DNA from: Eledone cirrhosa
Taxonomy: Eukaryota
Reading direction: 5' to 3'
DNA: 64,000 nucleotides
Assembly (NCBI GenBank): GCA_964016885.1
Contig: OZ024741.1
Coordinates: 353,834,001-353,898,000 of the forward strand
Below, piece by piece: positions 27,391 to 41,299 of the stretch (within the stretch, counting starts at the first letter, position 1; each line of letters starts with the position of its first letter). The notes under the pieces were generated by a model. The model was not told the origin of the DNA, did no database searches, and saw only the letters and a program-made list of their open reading frames with translations. Made by a program: the position numbers and the translations under genes.

Positions 27391-27539
27391 GTGTATTGGC
27401 GTAAAATTACATTACTCTATTTCCTGTGGTTGTTTACAAGTAGCTCAAACAAAAAACGACATTATATTGATTTCAAATTTAGGCAGAAAGAAGGCCAGAA
27501 TATTTAAGGAAAGTTGATTAAATCGACCACAGTAATGTT

Positions 27540-28085
27540 TTTAATTAAAGTCGAAATATTATGACATCCTTTTAGTTAAATTTGGGATTTTAAAAGACAC
27601 AAACATGGCCTTTACAGACAGATTAAATGTCTTCAACGGCAAAATCTAGTAAGCCAATTAAAATTATGAAGTCATTAATTTACTAATTTACTTTTATAAA
27701 CCATTTAGGAAATAATTTTAATATGATTAAGCTATTGTAATCCTCCTTTATGCCAACGGAAAATTTGAAATTTTTGAGGAGCAAGACAATTTTCTGTCAC
27801 TGCTTTTCCTAATGCCAATCTTAAGGGATTTCATGTTTGAAGCATATGCAGTTAACATATATGAACGCACTTAAATAACGTCGTTAAAGATTATTACAAT
27901 CTTAGGTAGTATGAGAGCCGAGAGTTTATTATACTGCAATATGAGTTATTAAAGAAGACAACGTATTCTAACGTGATCCTTTCAAAAGGATTATATCATA
28001 AGTATTCGCCAGATTGTTTGCGACTTCATAAATAATCAGAGCTTATCTTTCATATCCAAAATTATTTCCTATTACGAACGAACAG
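27540..28085 (-). pseudogene. Exon remnant(s): late transmembrane segments of the SLC9C-like gene
   Basis: FVIGNNFGYER*ALIIYEVANNLANTYDIILLKGSR*NTLSSLITHIAV, then VRSYMLTAYASNMKSLKIG. Confidence 0.55.
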
Positions 28086-28185
28086 TGTATATGATATATA
28101 AAACAGACACACACACACACACTTATATATTTATATATGCATATGTATGTATGTATGTAAATATGTATGTATCTATCTATGTATG

Positions 28186-28787
28186 TAACCCAGTACAACC
28201 TGTCGCATGGTCCGATCATCGGCGACTAACCCGGTAACCCCACCAAGTTTACTTGGCGAGGAGGGTGATTTTGGACACCCTGCAGGACAAAAAACAAAAC
28301 CTGACAAAGGGCGGAAGAACTCATAAGAGTCAACGGCCATCCAAAAATGTGTAAATATGTATATACACATGTACATATGTATTTATATGTATATATGTAT
28401 ATGCATGTGTGCTTGTGTAAGTATATGCGCGGGCACATAGAAATAATCGGGCTGGATACCCGATCGCGTGGTTAAACCACTGGGAGGGAAGGACCCCCTA
28501 GCCTTTGTCAGAGCATTCTTCTAGGAAAAGGCAACTCAGGAAACTGGGATAACTCCGATATAAAACCTGCGGCTCAGTAGTTACCGATGATGTTGATATT
28601 TTCTTCTTTTTGGGTTATAGCTACTGTCGCTCAGAGAGTGGGATTGCCTCAGTTCACTGTCTTTCCTCACTTTAAAAAAATCTTCATGCACAGGCATTGC
28701 ACTATTGAATTAATTAATAATTATTAATAATGTTATATGCTGCAATGACTCGATAACAAGGGGGCAGCCATCATGTAGGTATGTATG
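28186..28787 (+). mobile_element. Longer copy of the (ATGT)n-tailed element, with an internal microsatellite expansion
   Basis: 28252-28345 matches 23594-23688, and 28468-28773 matches 26748-27056. Confidence 0.75.
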
Positions 28788-28804
28788 TACATATTTATCT
28801 ATCA

Positions 28805-29140
28805 AGGCGGAGAATTGGCAGAGTTGCTAGAACGTCGGATAGAATACTTTTTCGTATTCGTTCCGGTTCTTTGCCCTCTAAATTCAAATCTCGCCGAGGT
28901 CAACTTTGCATTTCATCTATTCGAGATCGATAAAAAAAAGTACCAGTCTAGTGCTAGGGTCGATTATTCTTCTATATCTGTTTCTAACATTCTTTTCTTT
29001 TTCTCTCAATCCTTCTCTGGAGAAAATCTGGTGTTTGAAGACCTGGAAAGAGGAGGTGGGCTCCGGCAGATTTTAAAGTGCCCTAGAAACGCTGTATCAT
29101 AATATGGTGACCCGCCGACTCCCTGAAGAGTTAATGGTCC
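28805..29140 (+). mobile_element. Extended family-A SINE
   Basis: ggcggagaattggcagag...aattcaaatctcgccgaggtcaactttgc... plus the 3' extension. Confidence 0.75.
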
Positions 29141-29163
29141 ATACCATACCATCTCTCTTTCTT

Positions 29164-29199
<36 letters not shown>

Positions 29200-29454
29200 C
29201 AGAGAGAGAGGGGGAGAGAGAGAGCGAGAGAGAAATGGCTCCTACAGGACTAGAACTGTTTCATTCGAAGGAAATCATCAGGGAAACATTTATACTCTGC
29301 TATGTATTGAGTACCATACTTACTATGGTTACTGCCGATTGAACATGGGATACACACACACACACACGACACATATATGTGTGAGTGTGTGTGCGTGTAT
29401 GAGTCTGTGTGGGGGGGGGGGGGGGGTATTTGCATGTGTGTGTATATGTATAAA

Positions 29455-29765
29455 GACTACTTCGGTCCATGGGTTTTTGCACCTAGAAAGTTTCCCTCTA
29501 AGGCATAAGCCCGGTTAAGGTGTTTTCTTCAAACCGCAACAGTCACTCATGGATGCCAGATTCCCCTTTCCACGCCATCGATGTTGTCCAAGGAAAGGCA
29601 AAGGTCGATACAGCTTGGTACCAGTGACGTCGCAACTCATTTCTACAGCTAAAAACAATGAGAAAAAAAGGTGTCTTGCCTAAGGACACAACGCTCTGAC
29701 CGGTCTGGGAATCAAACTCACAATTATGAACCCATCGCCCTAATCACTAAACTATGCGCCTTCAC
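29455..29765 (-). mobile_element. tRNA-derived SINE (third body type)
   Basis: Minus strand gtgaaggcgcatagtttagtgattag...gagtttgattcc...gtgtccttaggcaagacac. Confidence 0.65.
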
Positions 29766-29821
29766 ACAAACATACACTCGTATACTCATATATATATATA
29801 TATATATACATGTGTGCGTGC

Positions 29822-29872
<51 letters not shown>

Positions 29873-29969
29873 CATACTACTTATTTTTATGCATGCATAC
29901 AAACAAGTATCTATCTGTCTATCTATCTACAGATAGATAGATAGATAGATAGATAGATAGGTAGATGTC

Positions 29970-30190
29970 TTTTAATTATAACTGGCTGAAACGGCCAAGA
30001 ATAGGTTCCGGCTAAAACTAACGTTTTCTCAAATAGATTGGAAAGTGCTATGATAAAAAAGGATTGAACTTCCGGTAGATGTTTGCTTTAGAAATAATAA
30101 CAATACTAGAATAGATTAGAGTTGAGACTCGATAGATCAAACCGTTTAAAGATGAGCACCCAAGCATGATTCCTTGTCAATGAATAACTG
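29970..30190 (-). pseudogene. Exon remnant: mid transmembrane segments of the SLC9C-like gene
   Basis: GIMLG... then, after a frameshift, FFIIALSNLFEKTLVLAGTY (compare the CPA1 motif EITxTLAxxY). Confidence 0.55.
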
Positions 30191-30399
30191 ACTGAATGTT
30201 TAGAGAGAGGATCGCTTGAGGAGAGATTGGCAATGCGAAAACTGAAAACAAAATAAAATAATAATCATAATAATAAAGTTTTCTTTATCAACTACAAGGG
30301 TTGACAAAAAGCATAACATTAAGGACAGCACAGGACGGTGCAAATGGGAATTTCTGCGTGTAAAAACAAAAACAAAATAAAACCAAAGGATGTTACAAA

Positions 30400-32450
30400 A
30401 AATTGAAACAGATGAAAATTTTCCAATAGTGGGGAGACTTCCGGTGATTACTCGTGGAAAAAAACACAAAATAGCCACGGTGATAGCCACCAGGGCAAGT
30501 GCCCTCTCCCAGTTTTACACCTCCATCTACAGGTGTATACTCAAAGCAGGCCTATTCACTCGGACCATGCTCGTCTCTCTCACCCAACTTTCAACAAATT
30601 GCTGGGAAGGGACCACTTCACTCTCCACCTGATTTCCTTTTCAAATGAAATTTGAAAATGTTAATCAGGGTTTCGCCGAAGAGGTAAGTGCTAGTCTTCA
30701 GCCCTTTCAGCTGTGTCCACCACTTGACTTCTTTCGCCATGGCCACCAGGCAGATAAAAACAGCCTGTCCTTCCCGGCTAAAGGAAGGTGGCGAGGCAAT
30801 CCTCACGATGGACTCAGCTGATAGCCGGGTCCGTCCTACACGCGACATCAGGTGTTCGACATAAACCCACAAGTCAGCAATGCTCGGACACTCAACGAGT
30901 GTTTGCAAGACAGTTTCGTCGCCCTGCGCATCTCTGACAAATACGGCTAAAGGCACGTCCATGCCTGTAGAGTTTATCCCGAACTGGCAAAACTCCTCGG
31001 TAGCACTGCCAGGCCAGAGGTTTCTGGAAGTTGTCCATGGGCCCCGGTCCGACGCCCAGAGTCACTCTTGCCCTCCACTAACTCTCTATAGAATGGTAAG
31101 GTGGAGTTTCCACCGATCGTAGTGCCCGATTTGCTGAGGGATGTGAGCGCTTGAAGACATTCTAGCCCAAGCGCTCCCTCTCGGTCTTCGCTTGACCCAG
31201 AACTGCAGTTCCGTCAACGAGACGAGCTGGGGGGAAACGTGTCTAGCCAACGGTGACCCCCACCTGTCCACCGTCAAGGAAAAGTTGCAGATTTCGTAAC
31301 CTCAGTCCATGTTTGCGCATCATCAACCACGGTATTCTAAGTCTCCCACGTAATGGGTGTTGACAGTAAATGCATCGCTTGACTAAAGGTTAAAAAGTAA
31401 ACGTTCCAGTGCAGTTAGACGTGGATCAGAACAAGGTACGATGGTCATGCAGTTATAAATGACACGTTCGCCATATCTGTCTGACATTTCAAAAATAGCT
31501 CTCTCGGACCATTTCTGGGTGAGAGGCCAACCTGCTCGTTACCTCGACCTAGTTTTTGTCTATCTGGAGGTCCGATCCAAACCAGACACCGAGAAATTTA
31601 ACCGGTCCGTCCAGCCAGCACTCGGTGACGAGTTGCAGGCCCACCGACCTTTCCTGGTAAATCTTTGCTCCTATTATCACTTTGTACTCTCTTAGAGCGG
31701 TGGTAATCATCTCAATGTGTCTGGTGTCCGACATCAGTACGATGATGCTGTTGGCATGTGCTACAGTCTAGTTCGTGCGTTCCTCAATGACTCCAATTTG
31801 TGTAGTAATGACTCAATGCATACAGAAGGAGCGAGAGGGGACAGCATTGGCAAACAGAAAGCATGATGCTGAACGATTTCGAAAGGTGGCTGTTCATTCT
31901 TACCACAGAGCAGATATCGTTGTGCATTGCAACGATCCAGCCCTTAAAAACGGACGCAAAGCCCTATTGAAAGCTTTCGATTGATCTAAGTTGATTAGAA
32001 CCACATCCGTGCCAGATTCCTTAATCACCCTCTCTATGATGTATCGCATGAGATGGAGGTTGTCGTGGATGGATCTGTTCGGAATGGCGTATGTTTAGCG
32101 CCACCCCTACCTGGCCACCGACGACAAGCCGCAACTTCCTCGCTAATACCTTAGTCAAGATTTTAAATTCTGCGTTTAGCAGAGTTATGGGCCTGAAATT
32201 ATATATATGGTATTCCTTGTCTGCGTTCTTTTTTAACAGCGCTACGGCCCCTTGACTAACAGACTCTACACCCCAGTCTAAGCAGTATATCTCAGCTGTG
32301 GTAGTGAGTGGTAGACTCTACACTCCAGTTTATGTGATGTATCTCAGCTGTAGCAGGGGGAATGGACTCCGCTAGGATGTAGCCGAACAAGTCTGGCATG
32401 TTTGTGTAAAGCTCGTATGACAGACCATTCAAACCAGGTGACACGAACGA
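30400..32450 (-). mobile_element. Old, deleted Tx1-clade copy (RT to 3' UTR)
   Basis: GPVKFLGVWFGSDLQIDKN, PQLVSLTELQFWVK, ETVLQTLVECP and INLDQSKAF are readable. Confidence 0.85.
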
Positions 32451-32569
32451 AAACAAACATCACGCAAGGGATGGTGGCATCAAGAAAAGGAAAACTGAAG
32501 TTGTAATAATAACATTAATTGTATTAAATAGTCATGATAACAATACAAAACAGGAATAAATGTCATCTA

Positions 32570-33310
32570 GAAATAGTTCTTCAATAGGAGGGGGTTGTAC
32601 TTTAGGGTAATTTCACTCAAAATCCCGAATTAGCCTGACGCCTCACAGATATTAAAAATGCTCTTTCCAGATTGTTTTCCTATTTAGAAAAACATAGTTA
32701 GCTTCATCAATTTCGCCGGTCTCACCCATCTTTCATAGAAAACGCTAGAGAACAACACTTCTTTTTTTACCTTTACTTTGTTCTTCAAGTAATTCAAGTA
32801 ATTATTAAAGAAGTTGATGAGAGTTAGACCGGAGAGGAAGATTCCTCTCCTCGGCTCTTTTAGACATATCTACCATACGTACAAGACAGAAGAAGACACT
32901 GCACCACTTCTAAAGGGAAGGTAGTAGTTCAATTTTCACTAGAGACTCGGCTGATAACTGAATCTGTCTTATACGTGACAGCAGTTATTCGACACGATCC
33001 CACATGCCTGCAATGCATACGAGGGAGTGCTGAAAAGTTAATGGCTTTGGATAAAAGAAAATACATGAGGATCAGTTAATTATGATTTTATTCACACACT
33101 TATTGCAGCAGTCCTACCTCCCCTGTAACGGTAACAGCTCTATACTTTCACGATACCCTTAAAGCCAGGAACTTTTCGCACCCCCTTGTAGACACTTGAT
33201 AACAGTATGCTCTTGACTATTGGCATTTCCATGGCTATATCCAGTAGCTTGTCTCAATCCAGTAGTGGGTCCCTATAACACTGACATGCCAGTCCCCGAT
33301 ATGAAAGTCC
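32570..33310 (-). mobile_element. Very decayed Tx1-like 3' fragment, split by a MITE
   Basis: Patchy similarity to the ORF2 C-terminus and 3' UTR (caatagga.ggg; ctttcatagaaaac; gactcggctga). Confidence 0.55.
33020..33188. mobile_element. Mariner-type MITE with a TA target duplication
   Basis: TA-CGAGGGAGTGCTGAAAAGTT ... AACTTTTCGCACCCCCTTG-TA terminal inverted repeats. Confidence 0.85.
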
Positions 33311-33319
33311 TTAAGAAAA

Positions 33320-33657
33320 GTTTTCTCAGACTGTCCTTGTTAAATAGATCAACATCCAATATGATCAAATGATTGAGGCTAAAAGATCGAACATTAATAT
33401 CGAAAACAATTGGAAAGATATTGCACAATAGGTATAGCATCAGATGACAACAGAATGTTCGAGTAAGAATGTGAAAAGTTAGCGAAATATCAAGATCTCA
33501 AAAGATCTGCGAGAGCGTGGAGTATGAAAATTTGTGCCATTCGTCGTGGTACAAGCCTGAAGGGTATTAAGCCATGGTTATAGAGTATTGAGATCGAAGT
33601 TCGAAACGAACTATCAACGAAAACTAAAAATATCATAACGAAGTACTCGAAAATTTG
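33320..33657 (-). pseudogene. Exon remnant: ion-binding core of the SLC9C-like gene
   Basis: FVMIFLVFVDSSFRTSISIL (cf. LIFESAF), SNILLSSDAIPIVQYL (cf. ILSATDPVAVVALL), LNHLIILDVDLFNKD (cf. LIEGESLFND). Confidence 0.65.
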
Positions 33658-33937
33658 GTGTTGAATTGGCAGAATTGTTAGAGCATCCGATCATATGCTT
33701 TGTGGATTGGTTCTTGTTCCCTGCGTACTGACTTCAAACCAAGCTGAATCCTACCCGGTTTATAGACTTAATCCGCCATCCGTTTTAACAACAGTTCTTG
33801 ATCTTTGGTTTGTCTTTAGTGTAGCCCATTTTATCGTAAGCATTCTGGTTAGTTCTATGGCTGGAGATATTTCTCCCTACCACCAGTTTTAGAGGCACTT
33901 AAAAAGGATCAAAAGTACTTACGCTTAACAAATAGTA

Positions 33938-34025
<88 letters not shown>

Positions 34026-35716
34026 ACGCGCTAGTTAATTAAGATTGTTAAAGTAACCCATAATTTTAACTGTCATTCTACTGGACACAATGCTAAAGAA
34101 AATATCCGAATTAAAAGTTAGAAGAGAGAAATTTATGAAATTACTTTGAAAATTCTTTCTTTGATCTATTGAAGACTAGAAATATGATTCGGAAAAAAAT
34201 AATAATCCTGCGTCGTGAAAACTAAGAGTGAGATCTGCCGGAGATCTATTATAAATATTGGAGTTTGGATCAAGTTATGTTTAAATTTAATACAATCCAA
34301 AATCAGATATTTGAAGGAGGAAAAATAAGTATCTTATAATCCGAAACTCTTTTTTGCTGATTGGAATAGCGTTTTTGGAAATCACTGCCAAAATATCGTC
34401 ACTTCTACGAGATAGAATGCCTCTGATATATTTCAGTTCAACACAATATTGATCAAGAAAAAAGCCTTGTCTGAATTTCGTTTCTGTTCGTTGATGTTAA
34501 GTTTCTTCTTACGTGATTCCTTTACATTCCGACATAAACACGTTCGCTATATCATTTCATTTTAATTTCAAAGAATTGCGGTTCTTTCTGCTGTTCTGAG
34601 ATTAGTTCGTACTCAAATTACAAGCTGTCATGTCAGTCAAAACCTTGAGGGTCATTTTTGTTATTTCTTTCTTTGCGTATTCTTTCTACTGTTTTTTTTT
34701 TTTTGCTTTTGTTTTTCATTCTGATTTTTGATGAATTTCTTCTCTTCGCGATTGTTGCTTTTTTTATTTTACAATTATATAATTACATGCCAAATTTATC
34801 ATTTCCGTTCTCATCTCCTTCTAACCGTTTCAATCTCAATCGAGACATATTGGTAATGTGCAAATCCGGCCGAACCTTATTTATAACCTCCATCAACATT
34901 GCAGCCAGATAGTCTCTCATATGTTTACTTAACCAGTATTTATCATGGATTCCACTGCTGCTGCTTTTCATGCTATCCATGTTGTTTTTTTTGTTGTTTT
35001 TTTTGTTTGTTTTTTTTTGTTTTGTTTTTTTTTTGTTTTTTTTTGTTTTTTTTTTTTTGTTTTTTGTTTTTTTTTTGTTTTTTTAAAGTGTTCTGCATCA
35101 CATATATTTATCTCTTTTAAACATTTTCGATGTTCAACTTATCTGCAACGAAATTTTTTCTTTATCTTTCTTCAACGTGGCTCCAACTATTTCCTTTCAA
35201 AATCGATTTAATATTGAATTATGGACACCAGGGTTAAATATCAAATTCCTCGAAGGACCTTATTGTATATCTGTAAGCGTACTACAAAACAAATGTCACT
35301 GCATTGATATTTAGTTACATATGAGTATACATAGGTACTTTCCACTTATTTTTTTAACGAACCATAGTTTTAGGATATACCCTTAAAGAAAATACGTTGT
35401 TCTTTCGTGCGTAAATTTTCAAGAAATATCCTTTACCTTTTTCAGCTAAATAAAGTAAATCAAATGGATCCGGCTGTATCCCCCAAGCGAGACCAACTAT
35501 CTGGGTTTCTTGTCAGATGGTTTTGCCCGTCAAATCTGTCCAGTGATTCTTTCCTTAGACATTCTGACCACGTACATGCCAGAATATCATTGGATGATCT
35601 TCTAATCGTCCTTCACAAGACTTTAAACAATTACTTGGTTACACATTACAAGAAAATATAACATAACATAATACGTAACTCTCTGGTGCTATTTTTATCA
35701 TTATCTCGCCATTTAC

Positions 35717-35885
35717 CTAATGCGGTGAGGAAAAGATAACAGCTCATAGACTAATATTATTTTAAACGGTTCAACAATTAAGGGAGAAAATTCTGTATAA
35801 GTTTCTGTATTATTAGAGCTCCTTAACGAAACAAAGACTTCATACGTACTTGCTGGAGTAGTTGTGAGATAGTCACTATCAGGAT
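35717..35885 (-). pseudogene. Splice-bounded exon remnant, probably the N-terminus/TM1 of the SLC9C-like gene
   Basis: ctgtag|ATCCTG ... TTAG|gtaaat. Length is 169 nt, or 168 (phase 1-1) if one extra T is removed, giving ...IILVYELLSFLTALG. The next acceptor at 35381 gives GYILKL...KVP.YT. Confidence 0.45.
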
Positions 35886-37204
35886 CTACAGTAATATACA
35901 ATTGAGTAAACATCAAAATTAACATAATTTAAGAATTAAATAACTGATAGAAATTATACAGTCATGCTATCCACAAATTAAGTAAGTGTTTAATTAAAAA
36001 TCTAGTTTTAAATAGTTATGCAGTGTGGAAAAGACAACCTTAACTCAGGGTCTATTTTTCTTTAATTAGTGAGTTAAGCATGATGCTTTAATACTTTCCT
36101 TTTTAAAAACACACGATAACAAAACATTCTAGTATTATCATCTTCAGTAAAAACGCCCTTGTGCTTTTCTTATCAGAATTTTTATGGATTAGTTCCTTAC
36201 CAAAATTCTATCTCCTTGAAATAAAGTTTTCACAAAATTAAGTGGAGTAGGCTATACTTTAAAATGTACTCACAAGTAAAGTGTTTACTATATATATTGG
36301 AATGCCACTCAGCATGAAGGTATACGTATAACGAAAACAGGAGAAATGTTCTGCTGTAATACAATATACATACAAACTGGTTTACCAAAATGTTTACATA
36401 AAAGATTTAGTAAAGAAGTAAAGTTACGTCGGTATTCAAATACAATATGCAGCTATCTCAAATAAACTTCACGAAAGACTTTGGCAAATATTCTTTTATC
36501 ATCGATATAAAACAAATCTATATGCGAAAATGAATTGCTTGACTTTTAGATTGTCGGGTTTCAATCAATTCATGTATGTTTTTTTTTTATGTGGCTGTCA
36601 GGTAATACCAGAGTCTGTTGATAGAAACTGTTGGTCTACCCCAATTTGAAATGGATCGTTTGTCAAATGTTGATTCTGGAGCGTTTTACATAGAAGCTGA
36701 AATGTGTAGGATACTATATTAGCTTTCATGATAATAAGCAGTTTAGAGACTTTCCCAGCCAAAATAGACACTGCAACCTATCGCAGAATTCCATTTAGAA
36801 GATATTGAAAGTAGTATTTATAGGTAAATAGGAATAAATTTACCTTAAATGCCTCAGCATAAAAATTCACCGAGACTCCAATTATTTATTTCAGACACTA
36901 GTCATATTAGATGTTTAAAAATTACTGTTTGAAGTCAATTTAATTATATATAATATACAGAATATAAGGAATTTTGCGAGCAGTAATTTATGTCTGGTTG
37001 CATAAGTATAGAAACTCACATCTTAGAAAAATATTTATCTATAGCACATAAACCAAAGACACACTGAATATATAAGAGCAAACGTTAGACTATGTTTATA
37101 TCATATATTTTTCTATATTTCACAGTTTTAAAACTGGATCGTGCTTATTATAAATTAAAACTTATATAAGCTATATGAGTGGGTATTTGTGCGTGTGTGG
37201 TGTT

Positions 37205-38125
37205 CACGAGTGAATTGGTAGAACGTCGGATGAAATACTATTACAGTATTTGTTCTGGTTCTTTACAGCTCAACTTTGCCTTCCATCTTTCCAGGGTCGA
37301 TAAAATAAAGTACTTACCTCAAATTTTGCTTAAATTAGAAATCAATATTTGACTCTGTTGGGAGGATTAGCAGACAGTCAGATAAAATGCCATCGTGGTA
37401 TTTGTTCTGGCACTACATTCTAAGTTCAAATCCCACCGAAGTCAACTTTGTCTTTCATCCTTCCGAAATCGATAAAATAATGTACCAGTACAGTACCGGG
37501 GGTTGATTTAATAAACTTTGACCTTTTCTTAAATTTGCTGGCCTTGTCTATATTTGACTTTCTGAAGCAAGTAATGGATTTTCAAGAAAATAGAAATGGT
37601 TGCTGGTTATCAGTTACACTTACATACTGAGTTCAAATCTCGCTTTGATCATTGTTACATTCCTTCACGCAAGGAAAAAATAAGTGAAATAATAGGTTAA
37701 ATCTCATCGGTTATAACCTCCCTTTGCGCCCATTTTAGAAACCAGTACATGATTATCTGTACATTTAAAACATAACCTTTACCACTGTTGAGAGTAATTC
37801 ATTCATTTTGATGTATTAGAGCAAACCTTTAATGTGTAACGCCAGATAGAATCATTTTGCTAGAACCTGTCGTGTGCAATTTAATCATCACAATTGTGTA
37901 ATAATCCGTCGAAATATACAATTTAATATATGCTGAAATAAAGGCGGTGCATTAGCAAAATTATTAGAGCGTTGGACAAAATGTTTTGCGGCATTTAGTT
38001 ATAGCCCTTCATGTTCTCAGTTCAAATCCTGCCAAGGCCAACTTTGCGTTTCATAAAATAAAATGCCAGTTATGTCCTGGGCCAATGTAATCGACTTTCC
38101 CCTCTATACGTAAATTAGAAACCAA
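37205..38125 (+). mobile_element. Cluster of diverged family-A SINEs (37205-37340, 37358-37550, 37942-38125)
   Basis: Recurrent gttcaaatcc...caactttgcctttcatcc...gtcgataaaataaagtac. Confidence 0.65.
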
Positions 38126-38364
38126 TATATGCTGAAGTTAGCTACCAGCATAGGCACTAATAATATGCAAATTAGTACCTATATTTCACTGTTGCTACTA
38201 CATTTGGTAGGTTTTATCAAGCCATTATTTACGTATTTCTCTGCAGTTAACCAATGATCGAAGCACCCTCCGATGAGACCCTAATAATGATCAAAGATTG
38301 ATTAAGGCTAATCATCATTTTAGTTTGAGTCATCATTAACAGCTGAATAGTTCCAGTATGCAGT

Positions 38365-38680
38365 CGGGACATGAGAACTTGGAGACTCGATAAGCCATAA
38401 AGTTTTATGTCACGCTCAGTAAAAATGCTGCAGAAACTTATGAAATGTTCAAAACTGCTTACGGATTAAATTTCATGAGCCGAGTGATTGTTTTCTGCTG
38501 GCATGAGGACAGGGATCAGGTGAGAGATGAAGAGAGTTGTGGTAGGAAAAGAAACATCAGGACGCCAAAGTTGGTCGACAAAATTCGCAAATTTCTGGAC
38601 GAGGCCCGTCGTGCATCTCTTCTGACGATTGCTAAACAATTTGAAGTGGTTGAGGGCAGTGTGCACAGAGTCATATATAT
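38365..38680 (+). pseudogene. Mariner transposase N-terminal (HTH) fragment
   Basis: AIKFYVTLSKNAAETYEMFKTAYG...SR..VF.W...VRDE..CGR...DKIRK.L..ARR.S...IA......GSVHRVI. Cut off by a Penelope insertion at a TA run. Confidence 0.8.
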
Positions 38681-39030
38681 ATATTTGAAAAAAAGGAAAA
38701 GAATGATTTCACTTGTAGTTCTAAACAAATTGATTTAATGTTATGATATTATAATATTGAGTTGGTAGATCTAGTAAGTTCTTTGTTAACTTCGGTGGGG
38801 AGATTTTTAAAGATTCCTGGTTAACTTTCCCGGAGAACTTTCTCGCATTCGTCGATGGCGATTGTCAAACTGAGATCTGGTTGTGTTGTGATGTGTGACT
38901 CTAAATATAAGAGTGATTTGAGTGTGGGGGTGAAGCAGTCGTCTAGGTAGCGTTTCCAGTTGTGATTAATGTAAGTGGCGAAGTCATGACTGAATGTTTC
39001 CTGCAGTTTGGAATGTAATTTTGCTTCTAG

Positions 39031-39596
39031 AGGACCCATAACGAGTGTTGCCGCTAAACATTATCTCCCGATTCTCCAGCAGTCCACTAAAAAGAATGCA
39101 CTCATAAAAAACGCACAAATAATATATAGTAGACGCCAAGCACCCAACCTAAAGAAACTGCTTACCAAGGCAAAATTTAGGTCTAATAATGAAGCAATGC
39201 AAGTTAAAAAATGCGGGGACCCTCGATGCGGAACTTGTGAACACTTTCAAGGGGGAGGGCAAATCTCCTTTAAAAACAACCAGTTTTTCACAGTTAATGC
39301 AAACATGAATTGCAAAACCAAAAACTTGATTTACTGTGCAACCTGCCCACAATGTAAAGAATACTACATTGGTGAAACAGGAACGGGTCTACATGACAGA
39401 GTTCGAGTACATAAACAACAAATTAGAGACCCCTCTGTCAAAAACACCATATGCAGTGAACACATCGCAACATGCGGAAAAGGAAATTCACAATTTTCCC
39501 CTTCTTTAAGATATGGTCGGACAACGAATATTTCCGAAAATATAAAGAAAATTTCTTTATTAGAAAGTACACACCACTACTGAACACAAAAAAATG
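39031..39596 (+). pseudogene. PLE zinc-finger linker and GIY-YIG endonuclease, frameshifted near the end
   Basis: Motifs in ORF 39008..39583. Confidence 0.85.
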
Positions 39597-40001
39597 ATAT
39601 TCTATTTTCAAATAACGGGATTATGTATGTGTGCATATGTGTGTGTGTATATGATATATGTGTATGTATGTGCGTGTGTATGTGTGTATATATATATATG
39701 TGTCTGTGTGTTTATATATATGTATATGTATGTATGTACATATATGTGTAGCTGTGTGTGTATGTAGGTAGGTGTATATATATATATATATATATATGTA
39801 TGCATATGTACAGAAAGGTAATCTTTATAAATTTAAGAGAGTTGATTCAGCTATAAGAACGAATTTGAAAAACATCCTGCCATTATATTCAACAAAGGTC
39901 ATTTATTGAAATGGAACCAACAAGAGGGGACTTTTACAGTCCCTTTCTTAAACACCCCCATCCCATTATCTTCTTGTTGTCAACATTCAACACTTTCTGT
40001 G

Positions 40002-40107
<106 letters not shown>

Positions 40108-40225
40108 TTAATTCCTTTAAATCTTCATCAACACTCCTTCACTCCCACACTCATTAACACCGCACCCACCCTCCAGACACATCCAAATCTCTCTTATATA
40201 TAGAGTCACACATCACAACACAACC

Positions 40226-40337
40226 GGATCTCAGTTTGACAATCGCCATCGACGAATGCGAGAAAGTTCTCCAGGAAAGTTAACCAGGAATATTTAAAAT
40301 TCTTCCCACCGAAGTTAACAAAGAACTTACTAGATCT
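40226..40337 (+). ncRNA. Hammerhead ribozyme, U3-A8 core variant with long stem III (inverted copy at 38767-38878)
   Basis: GGATCTcAGT-TTGACAA-TCGC..GCGA-GAAA-GTTCT...AGAAC-TT-ACTAGATCT. Confidence 0.7.
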
Positions 40338-40453
40338 ACCAACTCATAATATTATATTATAAAATTAAATCAATTTGTTTAGAACTACAAGTGAAGTCAT
40401 TCTTTTCCTTTTTTTCAAATATACGTAACTGTACCAAGGATCTCACACATTTT

Positions 40454-40490
<37 letters not shown>

Positions 40491-40500
<10 letters not shown>

Positions 40501-40592
40501 CGTAAAATAAGAAAATTATAAAATTAACTTACTTACTAAAATTTTAGTAAGTAAGTTAATTTTATAATTTTCTTATTTTACATCTCTCATAT
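40491..40592. repeat. Near-perfect ~100-bp palindrome next to (TA)n
   Basis: atatgagagacgtaaaataag...ctaaaa|ttttag...cttattttacatctctcatat. Confidence 0.9.
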
Positions 40593-40703
40593 TATTGTTC
40601 TGCATCCCCATGCATTGAACCACAAAGTTACTAAGACAAAACCTATATATTTGCTAGTATAAGTATGCATCTGTGTATATATATGTTACTAGATATACTA
40701 ATT

Positions 40704-40759
<56 letters not shown>

Positions 40760-40760
<1 letters not shown>

Positions 40761-41285
40761 ATACAATAACAGAGAGAGCTTTAAGCTAAACTCTGACTGG
40801 TAACCATCTCACTCAACAAACATTAGGATATACGTTAGTATAATCCCAATTTTGTGTTTGGGGTGCTAACTATATGTATTTTGTGAAAAGCCAGTTGTAT
40901 TATTTTATATGAGATATAATTAAAATTAAAATATATCTCTCTTTCCAAACAATTGTTTCATTATAAGTTTTCTACAAGTTGGGAGAATGTTTCCGGTTTA
41001 TGTAGAAGCCTAACATATTTTTCTGTAAGAACATATGTAGGTGGGCACTTATAAATCATCAGTGGATGCCCATTAAACTTTGATATAAGAAAAAATTTCT
41101 TACCGCAGTTATTTTTCGTGTCCGCTAAGTCGTCCCTTCACGCATCAAATGACCGCCAAATTTGAAATTCCAGCAGTCTTTAGACTGAGGAAATATCATA
41201 GCGTCACGAAGCGGAAAAGGGAGGCAATCGCGAGTCACAAGAAAGTAAAATAATATACACGTGGTTTAATTAGTTTTTTCAGAAA
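40760..41285 (-). mobile_element. Diverged P3 pLTR copy with a hammerhead at 40944-41066
   Basis: Homologous to 17900-18400. TCCA-CTGATGA-TTTATAAG...CTTATAAT-GAAA-CAATTG-TT-TGGA. Confidence 0.75.
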
Positions 41286-41299
41286 ACATTATATATATA

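Noticed and set aside
28186-28260. HDV-like ribozyme at the 5' end of the (ATGT)n-tailed element
   Set aside because: A convincing nested double pseudoknot could not be built by eye.
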